From contig JBFMGK010000003.1 in assembly GCA_040752575.1 (NCBI GenBank), positions 96,001-160,000 on the forward strand: a stretch of 64,000 bases of DNA, written 5' to 3'. Under the pieces are notes generated by a model, which worked only from the letters and a program-made list of their open reading frames with translations, ran no database searches and had not been told where the DNA came from. Shown piece after piece: positions 19,389 through 28,160 of this stretch (positions within the stretch are counted from its first letter, which is position 1; every line of letters starts with the position of its first letter). Made by a program: the position numbers and the translations under genes. This stretch comes from Candidatus Bipolaricaulota bacterium. Lineage in GTDB: Bacteria; Bipolaricaulota; Bipolaricaulia; UBA7950; UBA9294.

Positions 19389-20060
19389 TCAGCGTTGAGC
19401 GGGCACGAGGTACAAGAGGATCGCCACGTAATGGCAGACGCTGCCCCCAAGAACGAACAGGTGCCAGACTGCGTGATGGAACGGCAGTCGTTTCCAGGCG
19501 TAGAAGGCAATGCCCACGGTGTAAGACAAGCCGCCTGCCGCGACGTAGGCCAGCGCAGCGTGCGGGACGCGAAGCCATGCCTCGCGCGCGGCGACGACGA
19601 TCATCCATCCCATGAGAACGTAGAACAGCACGGAGAGACGCCGCAACCGGCCGATGAACACGGCCTTCAAGACGATACCCGCTGCGGCGAGCGCCCAAAT
19701 GGCGATCAACAGCGTCAACCCCCACCGCCCCCACAACGACAACAGAAGAAACGGCGTGTACGTGCCGGCGATCAACAGATAGATGGAACAATGGTCGAAG
19801 ACCCAGAACACCCGTTTCGCCCCCGGAGCCTGCAGAGCGTGATAGAGCGTCGACGATAGGTGAAGGAGAAACAGCGTCGCACCGTAGATGGCTACGCTCG
19901 CCACGTGGAGGCCCGTCCCGCCTCGTACGGCACGCGCGACCAGAAACACCGTTCCGACAAGGCTCAGGACCGCGCCGACTCCATGGGTGACGCTGTTCGC
20001 GATCTCCTCGCCCACCGTGGACCTAGGGGGATGCCTCTTCGCATCGTGCTTACCGTCCAT
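19389..20060 (-). CDS. Hemolysin III / PAQR (TrhA) family membrane protein
   Basis: EEIANSVTHG, SSTLYH, DHCSIYLLIAGTYTP and HAVWHLFVLGGSVCHY. Confidence 0.93.
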   Translation of the reverse strand: MDGKHDAKRHPPRSTVGEEIANSVTHGVGAVLSLVGTVFLVARAVRGGTGLHVASVAIYGATLFLLHLSSTLYHALQAPGAKRVFWVFDHCSIYLLIAGTYTPFLLLSLWGRWGLTLLIAIWALAAAGIVLKAVFIGRLRRLSVLFYVLMGWMIVVAAREAWLRVPHAALAYVAAGGLSYTVGIAFYAWKRLPFHHAVWHLFVLGGSVCHYVAILLYLVPAQR

Positions 20061-20790
20061 GGGAGGAGTGTACTCGAGCGGGCGCCACGCCACCCGCACC
20101 GTCGGCGGGCCTGGTTCGGCGGTAGAGCAGCGCGCGGCCTTCCTTGCCCACAAGGAGGAGCGCGCCGATGCCGCGCAGCACGTAGGCCACCTTCTGGGCC
20201 AACCAGCGCGGACGGCCCAGTGCGGCGGCCAGATCGGCGGTCGTGAAAGGCTCCGCGAGTTCTGCGGGGAGGACGGCCAGGTAGTCGGCCGGCGTGCTGA
20301 ACGAGGTGCAGTCCACGATCTCGAGAAGGTGGCGTTCGCAGACGCTGTGCGTCGGTCGTCCGCGAGACGCGCCAGCCTGCCGAATCTCCTTCTGTCGGAT
20401 CAGCACGACGTCGAGAGAGAGATTGGGGTCGGCGAGCACGTCGCGCAGCCCGACGAGGTCGCGGAACACATCGATGACGGTTCCCCGATGCGGCGATACC
20501 CGCTCCCTACGGGACCTGCCTTCGGCATCGATCGTTACGACCACGGTCTGCACGGCGACGGGGATGACGAGGCGCACGGGGTGTGAGACGAGAAGGCGCG
20601 AGAGCTTGGTGCGGAGCCGCGAGGCTCCCTGAGTCTGGATTTCCACGACCATCGGACCGCGAAGGATGTCCGCGACGAAGCCACAGACGGGGACTTCGAA
20701 CAGGTCGCCCTCTTCGGAAACCCAGGCGCGAAGTGCGGCGTGCAGCGGCTTCTCGTTGAGCGTTCCGATGTGGGGCGCGATCGGCCCCAC
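20050..20790 (-). CDS. Hypothetical protein with PD-(D/E)xK-like motif
   Basis: IGTLNEKPLHAAL...FEV...VADI...VEIQT; C-terminal HTH-like FTTADLAAAL; GTG 20790 follows AGGTGA. Confidence 0.7.
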   Translation of the reverse strand: MGPIAPHIGTLNEKPLHAALRAWVSEEGDLFEVPVCGFVADILRGPMVVEIQTQGASRLRTKLSRLLVSHPVRLVIPVAVQTVVVTIDAEGRSRRERVSPHRGTVIDVFRDLVGLRDVLADPNLSLDVVLIRQKEIRQAGASRGRPTHSVCERHLLEIVDCTSFSTPADYLAVLPAELAEPFTTADLAAALGRPRWLAQKVAYVLRGIGALLLVGKEGRALLYRRTRPADGAGGVAPARVHSSHGR

Positions 20791-20801
20791 GACGCGTTCA
20801 C

Positions 20802-21236
20802 CTACCGGACGACGAGCCACGTGCCCACAACGATTGCGGCGTATCCGATCGCGCGACCCACGCTCAGGGGATGATGGGGCGCACCGAGCCAACCTAGGTG
20901 GTCCAATGCCGCGCCGAGGGCCAGTTGCGCGGCGATCGTCAGCGTCAGCGTTGTGCCCAGTCCAAGGCGCGGTACCGCGTAACTCACGGCCGCGACGATG
21001 CCGACGCCGACGAGGCCCGCGGGAAGGGCCAGCCAGGGGATCGACTTCCACGTCAGGGTCGCCGCCGAGGGCCAGAGGGCGGCCAGGCCGATGGCAAAGG
21101 CAAGCCCGGCTGCGTGGATGACCAACGAACTTCCCAGCACTCCAATGCGTGTCCCGACGATTCCCGAAAGCGAAGACTGAACGGCAATGGCTGCGCCGGC
21201 GGCCAGCGCGACCATGGCAGTTCCCCAGACTCCCAT
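20802..21236 (-). CDS. DMT-family (YdcZ-like) small transporter
   Basis: AGAAIAVQS, PWLALPAGLVG, AQLALGAALDHLG; 5 TM segments. Confidence 0.85.
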   Translation of the reverse strand: MGVWGTAMVALAAGAAIAVQSSLSGIVGTRIGVLGSSLVIHAAGLAFAIGLAALWPSAATLTWKSIPWLALPAGLVGVGIVAAVSYAVPRLGLGTTLTLTIAAQLALGAALDHLGWLGAPHHPLSVGRAIGYAAIVVGTWLVVR

Positions 21237-21988
21237 CAGGCGCTTCCTCCCCCGCTCGCCGCGTTCCCTTCTTCCATCCGCCGTGCGACGAGGTCATAGA
21301 TGAACCTGCACTGCACCGAAAATAGGACAAGATGGCCCAGAACGCGATCCCGGTCGACCGAGGGAGTGCGCGCCTCGCCGGCCTCGGTCTCGGCCAACAG
21401 AGCCGTCGCCTTCAGACCGGACAGATGGGCCTCGAACTCAGCACCTTCGTCGGCGGACGTGCCAAGGCCGCTGACCTTCTCCCGGCAAGCTGCGGCGGCC
21501 TCGGAAGCCGACTTGCGGCGTACCGAGGCAGGCTGGTCTCCTGCGCGACGAGCGACGTCCCGCAACACGTCCTTCGCGGCGCGGGAGAGCAACACGGCGG
21601 CCGGGCGCGTCAGCCCCCGCTGAAAGGCGGCCGTCGCATCGCGAGCTGACTCCGTCGCGATCGGCGGCAGACGGTTTCCTGTCGAATCTTGAAGCCGTCG
21701 CACATACCCATCGGGATCTTGGGCCGCTGTGGCCCCGTCATCGAGGCAGAGCGACCCAAAGTCCGTCACGTGGAGAAAGGGCAGGTGAAGATTGAGCGAG
21801 TTCTTCCCGGGGGCAAGGATCCCGGCGATGAGAAGATCCCAGATGACCTCGTGGACGGACAACGCGTCGCCACGTTCATACCCGGGCGCTCGCCCTCGAA
21901 TCTCGTTCTCGATGGCGTGAACGTGCGTCTGCGGCGTACGGCGCAGCACGGCCAGGATTTCCTGTCTTAGCCAAGCTTTGTCGATCAT
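21236..21988 (-). CDS. Hypothetical protein
   Basis: ORF from MIDKAWL with a wHTH-like N-terminus (VIWDLLIAGILAPG...HVTDFG); coupled to the downstream DMT gene. Confidence 0.65.
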   Translation of the reverse strand: MIDKAWLRQEILAVLRRTPQTHVHAIENEIRGRAPGYERGDALSVHEVIWDLLIAGILAPGKNSLNLHLPFLHVTDFGSLCLDDGATAAQDPDGYVRRLQDSTGNRLPPIATESARDATAAFQRGLTRPAAVLLSRAAKDVLRDVARRAGDQPASVRRKSASEAAAACREKVSGLGTSADEGAEFEAHLSGLKATALLAETEAGEARTPSVDRDRVLGHLVLFSVQCRFIYDLVARRMEEGNAASGGGSA

Positions 21989-22093
21989 GACGCGTCTCCG
22001 ACGGTGAGTCTCGAAGCATATCGCCCGTTGCCACGCCGCACCAAGCGGGCTTGCCAAGCGGAGCCGTGAGCCGTACTTTGAGGGGGGAGGTCC

Positions 22094-23152
22094 ATGGAAC
22101 GTCGCACGAGATGGGCACACCCTTCGCTGGGGAGCGCGCCGGGATCGCTGGTGCATGCCGGGCCGTCACGCTCGGCGACCGTCGGGCTGACGCGCATGGA
22201 GTACGACCGCGGATCCGTCGACGAGACGCATCCCGAGGCTCCCGGGGCAATGGACGAACTGCGTCCGCAGCGCGTCCTTTGGCTGGACGTCGACGGAGTC
22301 CACGACGAGGAAGTCGTTGCCGCCATCGGACGTGCGGCGGGGATCCATCCCCTCACGCTCGAGGACATCATGCACACGGGCGAGCGTCCGAAAATCGAGG
22401 AGAGCGAAGGGACGCTTTTCGTTTCGCTACGAATGCTCCGACTTCGTTCCGATCGAGAGGTCGACGACGAACAAGTGAGCTTGGTTCTCGGGCCGTCCCG
22501 GGTGATCTCTTTCCAGGAACGAGTCGGCGACGTGTTTGACCCGGTTCGCGAGAGGATTCGCTCTGGCAAAGGGCGGATCCGCCATGCCGGGGCCGACTAC
22601 TTGTTCTACGCACTGATCGATGCGATCGTCGATCACTACTTCGTTGTTCTCGAGGGACTCGGCGACGCCGTCGAAGATATCTACGAACGCGTGACCCGTG
22701 ACCCGGGCCGAGGGCCGCTAGAGAGCATCCGGCACATCCAACGCGAACTGCTGTACGTGAGGCGGGCCGCCTGGCCGCTCCGCGAGGTCCTGAGCGAGCT
22801 CCTGCGCGGTGAGTGTGCGCTCATCGCGCCCGAGACGCTTCGCTATGTTCGAGACGTCTATGATCACACGCTTCAGATTCTGGAGACGACCGAGACGTAT
22901 CGCGAAATGGTCGCGAGCATTATGGACGTCTATCTGTCCGGCGTCAGCCAGCGAACGAACGAGGTCATGAAGGTCCTTACGATGATCGCAACCCTATTCA
23001 TTCCACTGACGTTCATCGTCGGAATCTATGGGATGAACTTCGCCTGGATGCCTGAACTGGATTGGCGCTACGGATACTTCGTCATCCTCGGCGGCATGGC
23101 CGTCGTCGCCGTGGCCATGCTGTTCTACTTCCGCAAGAAACACTGGCTCTAG
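22094..23152 (+). CDS. corA: Magnesium/cobalt transporter CorA
   Basis: IHPLTLEDI, ERPKIEE, GIYGMNF signature, MPEL.W.YGY. Confidence 0.95.
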   Translation: MERRTRWAHPSLGSAPGSLVHAGPSRSATVGLTRMEYDRGSVDETHPEAPGAMDELRPQRVLWLDVDGVHDEEVVAAIGRAAGIHPLTLEDIMHTGERPKIEESEGTLFVSLRMLRLRSDREVDDEQVSLVLGPSRVISFQERVGDVFDPVRERIRSGKGRIRHAGADYLFYALIDAIVDHYFVVLEGLGDAVEDIYERVTRDPGRGPLESIRHIQRELLYVRRAAWPLREVLSELLRGECALIAPETLRYVRDVYDHTLQILETTETYREMVASIMDVYLSGVSQRTNEVMKVLTMIATLFIPLTFIVGIYGMNFAWMPELDWRYGYFVILGGMAVVAVAMLFYFRKKHWL

Positions 23153-23205
23153 CTCCGCTCTCGTCCATCGTCGGGGAGCGAGGTGCGTTCACGGCCTGCG
23201 AAGCG

Positions 23206-23415
23206 CTAGAGATAGTCGTCGTCCTCTTCGTCGTCGAGGTCCTCATCGTCGTCGAAGTCGTCTTCCTCTTCGATCCACTCGAGCCTCACCGGGTCCTCTT
23301 CGACGACCTCGAGCAACGCCTCGCACTCCTCGCAGCGCAGGCGGTTGAAGAGCGACAGTTCCTCCTTGTCGACGTCGAAGGCCGCGTCGCACACCGGACA
23401 GACGATCTTGCTCAC
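23206..23415 (-). CDS. LysW-like zinc-ribbon protein with poly-acidic tail (alternative start 23529)
   Basis: CPVC-x19-CEEC...LLEVVEEDPVRLE, then EEEDDFDDDEDLDDEEDDDYL; GTG 23415 follows AAGGAGG. Confidence 0.75.
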   Translation of the reverse strand: MSKIVCPVCDAAFDVDKEELSLFNRLRCEECEALLEVVEEDPVRLEWIEEEDDFDDDEDLDDEEDDDYL

Positions 23416-23616
23416 AGTGCCCTCCTTGACTTCGGCATCGTACGGCAACGGGCGCTTCGCAGCGCGCCCGGATCGCCTTCCCTGCGCTGCCGGCAGTCCC
23501 GAATCCCCGCTCGACTTACGGCTCTTCACGCGCCTCTCCCGCTCTTTCCGATCCTTCGCCTCACCGGCGGCCTGTCCCGAAAGAAAAGCGTAGAGCCAAT
23601 GGCATGTTCAGGCCGC

Positions 23617-23646
23617 AGGATAGCCAGGCTTCCCAGGGGGCGTCAA
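23617..23646 (-). promoter_or_regulatory. Putative sigma70 promoter
   Basis: TTGACG-N18-TATCCT on the minus strand, upstream of the zinc-ribbon gene. Confidence 0.5.
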
Positions 23647-23684
23647 TAGCGCGTTGGGGTCCCTTGGTCCGCCGGCGACCGGGG

Positions 23685-25076
23685 TCATGTGTCCACGTCC
23701 GATCTTTCGGACCTCGGCGAAACCCCGCCCAGGACGTCCACGACGAGTCCCGACAGGAGACTCACGGCACCGCCGAGGACACGCTCGTCGAAGTCGAACG
23801 TCGACGTGTGGGCCGCCAGGACGCGCGAACGGTCGGCATCATCGCGATGAACGCCGGTCAGGTCCGCGCCGAGTCCTACGTAGGCTGCCATCCCGCCTCG
23901 CTCCTGTACGTGCAGCATCATCTCGGTGAAGTCTTCGCTTCCCCCCACGGCATCGACGGCGAAGCAGTGGAAGTCCCCGACTGCCGAGGCGACGTGCTCG
24001 ATCCGGCGCGCGAGGTCGGGGTCGCTTCGCGCCGTCCCTGCCTCCCCCATGGGGCGAACCTCGACGGTGCAGCCATACATGGATGCGGCGGCCGTCACGA
24101 CGGCAAGGGCTCGCTCGGCCATGAAGGCACAGAGCTCCATCGTCTCGCCGCGCACCTCCGCCACCAACAACGCTTGCTCCGGGATGACGTTCCGGCCGCT
24201 GCCTGCGGTGAGCCGGCCGACGTGAACGCGTGTGAACCCCGCGTGATGCCGTGGCAGGGCGTGGAGGTGAACGGCGGCCGTTGCCGCGGCAAGCAGGGCG
24301 TTCCTGCCTCCCTCCGGCATGCCGCCAGCGTGGGCCGCCTCGCCACGGAAGAGGACATCGAGCTTGCGCGTTGCCGCATACCCGCCGAGGCCGGGAGCGA
24401 GTTCCCCGAGGGCCCAGCCCGTGAGCACGTGGCAACCCACAACGATGTCCACGTCGTCGAGATGCCCGGCTTCGACGATCGAACGCGCACCCCGCACGCC
24501 TTCTTCGGCCGGCTGGAAGATCAGCTTCAGCGTGCCCTGCAGTGAATGTTTGGAGCGGGCGAGGGCGTGAGCCACCCCGAGGCCGATCGCCACGTGCCCG
24601 TCGTGGCCGCATGCGTGGCAGATTCCTTTGTGAACGGATGCGAATCCCTCACGGAGCGGACGATGCGTCGCTGCTTCGCTCTCCATCAGATCGAGCGCGT
24701 CCATGTCAAAACGGAGAGCGACGACGGGTCCACGGCCCCAGCGCCTCAACGCCACTGCGCCCGTCATGCCTCCCCGCATCGTCTCCAGAAGGTCGCCGTC
24801 TACCCCTTCGGCGCGGGCGCGGGACCATGCGGCGTCCAACGCCTCTGGATCCGGGACGCCCCTACGCGACGCGGCTTGACACACATCGGCGCCCAAGAGA
24901 GGCGAGTACCCCAAGGCGCGCAGGCGCTCGACCACGATCGCCGTCGTGCGGAACTCTGTCCAGCCCGTCTCCGGGTGACGATGGAGATCGCGGCGATCGG
25001 CGATGAGAGAGGCCTCTGTCCAGTCACGCTCCAGCGGCTCCTGCGATCCGCGTATCACGCCGCGCAAGCCGGGCAC
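23685..25076 (-). CDS. M20D amidohydrolase (AbgA-like)
   Basis: RRDLHRHPETGWTEFRT, LRFDMDAL, HACGHDGH, FQPAEEG, GSEDF and FDFDE. Confidence 0.9.
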   Translation of the reverse strand: MPGLRGVIRGSQEPLERDWTEASLIADRRDLHRHPETGWTEFRTTAIVVERLRALGYSPLLGADVCQAASRRGVPDPEALDAAWSRARAEGVDGDLLETMRGGMTGAVALRRWGRGPVVALRFDMDALDLMESEAATHRPLREGFASVHKGICHACGHDGHVAIGLGVAHALARSKHSLQGTLKLIFQPAEEGVRGARSIVEAGHLDDVDIVVGCHVLTGWALGELAPGLGGYAATRKLDVLFRGEAAHAGGMPEGGRNALLAAATAAVHLHALPRHHAGFTRVHVGRLTAGSGRNVIPEQALLVAEVRGETMELCAFMAERALAVVTAAASMYGCTVEVRPMGEAGTARSDPDLARRIEHVASAVGDFHCFAVDAVGGSEDFTEMMLHVQERGGMAAYVGLGADLTGVHRDDADRSRVLAAHTSTFDFDERVLGGAVSLLSGLVVDVLGGVSPRSERSDVDT

Positions 25077-25094
25077 AGCGCTCCTCGCTCACGG

Positions 25095-26204
25095 TCAGAA
25101 CTCAAGGGTGAACGCTCCGTTCTCGTAGATCTTCTGGTCGTCAACTCGGATCACGCCGCCGTCTCGCAGATCGCACACGAGATCCCAGTGAATGGCCGAC
25201 TCGTTCCGGCTTCCCGTCTCGGGCATCCCCGCGCCGAGCGCCATGTGGAAGCTCCCGGCGATCTTCTCGTCGAACAGGGTGTTTCCTGTGGCTCTCTGGA
25301 TTCCCTCGTTAGTGCCGATCGCAAACTCCCCAACGCGGCGGGCCCCCGGGTCCACGTCGAGGGTTCGCTGAAGGAAGTCGTCGCCCTTCTCCGCATGAGC
25401 CTTCACCGCGACTCCCTGCTCAAACCAGATCTCAACGCCCTCAAGGCGGCGTCCGTCATAGACCGTGGGGTAGGAGAAGCGCACGTGTCCCCGAACGGAG
25501 TCCTCGACCGGGCCGGTGAAGACCTCTCCGTCGGGCATGTTCCGCTTCCCGTCGCAGTTCACGAACGTGCGACCCGCGATGCTCATCTCGAGGTCAACGC
25601 CGGGAGCCTGCACACGCAGCGCATGCTTTCCCTTAAGCCAGTTGACGAGCCTCTCCTGCCACGCGGACAGGGTCTGCCAGTGGCGCACCGGATCGGTGAG
25701 GTCGGGGAGGCAGGCTCGGAAGACGAAGTCCTCGTACTCGGCGAGACCCATCTCGGCGTCCTGGGCGTAGGCGGGTGTGGGATAGAGGCAGCCGACCCAA
25801 CGCAGATCGCCCGACGCGGCACGGCCCATAAACGTCTTGAAAAGGTCTCGCGACGCCTCCTTCGAGGCGACGAGTCTGGCGGGATCGACGTTGGTCAGTT
25901 CTTTCGTGTTTGAGGATCCGGACAGCGATAGGATCACGTCGTACGTCTCGTAGACAAGACGAGTCGGCGGGGCGACGTGCCGCAGTTGTTCGTCGGAGGC
26001 ATGCCGGAAGAACAGCTCGTCCATGCCGGGGAGTTGGGCGCGCAGGAAGGGAAGCCCGCCTGCATCGAGCACCTCGACGAGGACAGCCTTCAACAGCGGT
26101 TCAGCGAGCGCGCTTCCTTGAACGTATACCTTGTCCCCCGGGCTTACCGACGTGGAGTACCGAACGAGAACCTCGGCCAGCTTTGCCACGCGTGGATCCG
26201 TCAT
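25095..26204 (-). CDS. M29 aminopeptidase (AmpS/AmpT type)
   Basis: NMPDGEVFTGP, GEFAIGTN, LFDEKIAGSFHMALG and NESAIHWD; ATG 26204 follows AAGGAGG. Confidence 0.93.
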   Translation of the reverse strand: MTDPRVAKLAEVLVRYSTSVSPGDKVYVQGSALAEPLLKAVLVEVLDAGGLPFLRAQLPGMDELFFRHASDEQLRHVAPPTRLVYETYDVILSLSGSSNTKELTNVDPARLVASKEASRDLFKTFMGRAASGDLRWVGCLYPTPAYAQDAEMGLAEYEDFVFRACLPDLTDPVRHWQTLSAWQERLVNWLKGKHALRVQAPGVDLEMSIAGRTFVNCDGKRNMPDGEVFTGPVEDSVRGHVRFSYPTVYDGRRLEGVEIWFEQGVAVKAHAEKGDDFLQRTLDVDPGARRVGEFAIGTNEGIQRATGNTLFDEKIAGSFHMALGAGMPETGSRNESAIHWDLVCDLRDGGVIRVDDQKIYENGAFTLEF

Positions 26205-26274
26205 GCCGCCTCCTTGGGGCCCCAGATTCTGCCCGAGTCCGACGATAGCGGCCGCTCCGAGGTTGGGCAAGGGA

Positions 26275-27042
26275 CTAGACGGGAAGCAGCTCGAGATCAC
26301 GCGCTGTGTTGACGGGCCGCCCGGGAGACAAGACGGCCACTCGGCGCAGGCCTCCGTAAGCCGATGACGTGAACACCGTCAGACAGCGATCCCCGAACAG
26401 GTACGTCGGCGCGTCAGGTTGGTGCGAGCGCACGAGGACCCGAACACCGAGGGTCGCCGAGCGAATACGAAACTCCTCGGGTCCCAATTGGGGGCGCCCG
26501 GTGACGTAGGGAAGCTCCTCCCCCGGTTGGCGCCAGTCTCCCCAGACGACGTCTCGCCACGCGGACTCGCCCGGCGCGAGAGACGCGATGGTGTCGAGTG
26601 TTGGACTGTCCGGGAGGGCTCCGTGAACAGCGAGGACCCGCGCGGGGTGCCACGCCGCCAGCGGAAGTCCGAGAAGGAGATCGGCCAGTTCGGCGGCGAC
26701 ATGCGGTTCGAGCGACTCCCAGAAGTCGGCGATGCGAAAGCGCACAGCACCGTAGGCTTCGTGGTTTCCGCACAGGAGAAAGGTCGACGCCGGCCTCGCG
26801 ATCTTCTGCGCGAGGACACGCTCGAGCGTCGATGCCGACGCGGGTCCGCGGTCAACGGTATCTCCGAGGAAGACCACCACATGCTCAGGGTCCCCGAACT
26901 CCCGGATGACCGTTTCGACCGCTTCGAGATCCCCGTGAGTGTCTCCGACATAGACGATCCGGCGGTCTTCCGGGAGGCGGATTACCCGTTCCTCTTTGCG
27001 AATCACGGCCATGGCGCGGCGAGCCGTCTCGATCAGCGACAC
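26275..27042 (-). CDS. Calcineurin-like metallophosphoesterase (PPP-like)
   Basis: GDTHG, GDTVDRG, GNHE, VHGA and VRSHQ. Confidence 0.9.
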   Translation of the reverse strand: MSLIETARRAMAVIRKEERVIRLPEDRRIVYVGDTHGDLEAVETVIREFGDPEHVVVFLGDTVDRGPASASTLERVLAQKIARPASTFLLCGNHEAYGAVRFRIADFWESLEPHVAAELADLLLGLPLAAWHPARVLAVHGALPDSPTLDTIASLAPGESAWRDVVWGDWRQPGEELPYVTGRPQLGPEEFRIRSATLGVRVLVRSHQPDAPTYLFGDRCLTVFTSSAYGGLRRVAVLSPGRPVNTARDLELLPV

Positions 27043-27133
27043 GAAAACCTCCTATGGGCCGCCGGGGCCTGGAGCGCCCCGCTCGCGCTCTCGCGCAGGT
27101 TGCCTCATGGTAACGCAGAGCGGCGATGATCTG

Positions 27134-27162
27134 TTGACATCACGCGCGGCTCGTGGTACGGT
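27134..27162 (+). promoter_or_regulatory. Sigma70 promoter
   Basis: TTGACA-N17-TACGGT with an extended TG at 27154-27155. Confidence 0.7.
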
Positions 27163-27170
27163 TCCGCGTC

Positions 27171-27257
27171 ATGAATGCGAGCTTGGCTTTCCAGGCGAAT
27201 TGGGATACGGCAGCTTCTCGGGCTGCCGTATCGGTTGCGTTCACGACGACGAGATAG
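27171..27257 (+). CDS. Putative 28-aa leader peptide (uORF)
   Basis: ATG 8 nt after the -10 box; MNASLAFQANWDTAASRAAVSVAFTTTR*; followed by hairpins and a terminator. Confidence 0.4.
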   Translation: MNASLAFQANWDTAASRAAVSVAFTTTR

Positions 27258-27296
27258 CCCGTCCGTTTCGCGGACTGCGAGATCGGACGGGCGTGG

Positions 27297-27332
27297 AGGA
27301 CCGCAGGCGACAGCCTGGGGTCTTTTCTCTTT
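27297..27332 (+). terminator. Intrinsic terminator inside a 5' leader
   Basis: AGGACC-G-CAGGC-GACA-GCCTG-G-GGTCTT followed by TTCTCTTT. Confidence 0.65.
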
Positions 27333-27366
27333 ACCCAGGACGCCGGAGTGGCGGAAGGAGGTTGAG

Positions 27367-27654
27367 ATGGTCGGGAAGAGACGAGCCGAGATGGGTTTGC
27401 ATGAGGTGGCCGAGACCACGCGATCGCCGGCGGCCATCGTCGACCTCATACGATTGAGTTACGTTCATCGGCTTCACGCGGCGTTGCGCGGGTCGCCGGA
27501 CATGGCGCGCGTCCTGTCCGCCGTACACCGAGCCCTCGATGCGTGGCCGGATGCGAAGGGAATAGGAGTGGACGACGCTCAGGCGTGGGTTCGCGCGGCG
27601 CTGGCCGATGTCGTTTCGCGTACCGCGGCGATGACTCCACCGCGTTGCGGCTGA
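27367..27654 (+). CDS. Hypothetical protein (95 aa)
   Basis: ATG 27367 preceded by AAGGAGG; helical-looking sequence; no motif. Confidence 0.6.
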   Translation: MVGKRRAEMGLHEVAETTRSPAAIVDLIRLSYVHRLHAALRGSPDMARVLSAVHRALDAWPDAKGIGVDDAQAWVRAALADVVSRTAAMTPPRCG

Positions 27655-27705
27655 GCGTTTCCTGCATCACAGGCGCTCGGGGAGGTTTGGCGTATAATGG
27701 GGCCT

Positions 27706-28143
27706 ATGGCGACGTTGGACGAAGTAGCGCGGTTCCTCGGCCTTTCCAAGCGGGCTGTTCGCTTGCGTGTCGATGCGCTGGGCGGAATGCTGGAGCGCTA
27801 CATGTCGCGCGGGGAACGGAATCGCCTCATCTTCCGCGGTGAAGCCGTCGCCATTCTGCGACGCCTCGAGGAGCTGCGCCTCGAGGAGGGACTTCCGATT
27901 CGCGAAGCGGCCGATCGACTCCGCGGCGAGATCCATGCTGACGGCGAAGGCCCTTCGGGCGTCGTTCTCGTGATCCGTCCCGAAGTCGAGTTCGCTCTTG
28001 TGCAAGAGCTCTTGCGAGACGTCAGCCGAGAGCGCGACCAGTGGCGTGAGTACGCGCTGGCGCTGCAGTCTGTATTGCCTGCCGAACTCAAGTGGCTCCA
28101 TTCGGTTGCCCCCGCGTCGCCGGGGGACCGCCGCACGAACTAG
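27706..28143 (+). CDS. MerR-like HTH protein with C-terminal coiled coil
   Basis: TLDEVARFLGLSKRAVRLRV...RGERNRLIF; ATG 7 nt after a perfect TATAAT. Confidence 0.72.
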   Translation: MATLDEVARFLGLSKRAVRLRVDALGGMLERYMSRGERNRLIFRGEAVAILRRLEELRLEEGLPIREAADRLRGEIHADGEGPSGVVLVIRPEVEFALVQELLRDVSRERDQWREYALALQSVLPAELKWLHSVAPASPGDRRTN

Positions 28144-28160
28144 AGCGCCGGCCCTCTGCC

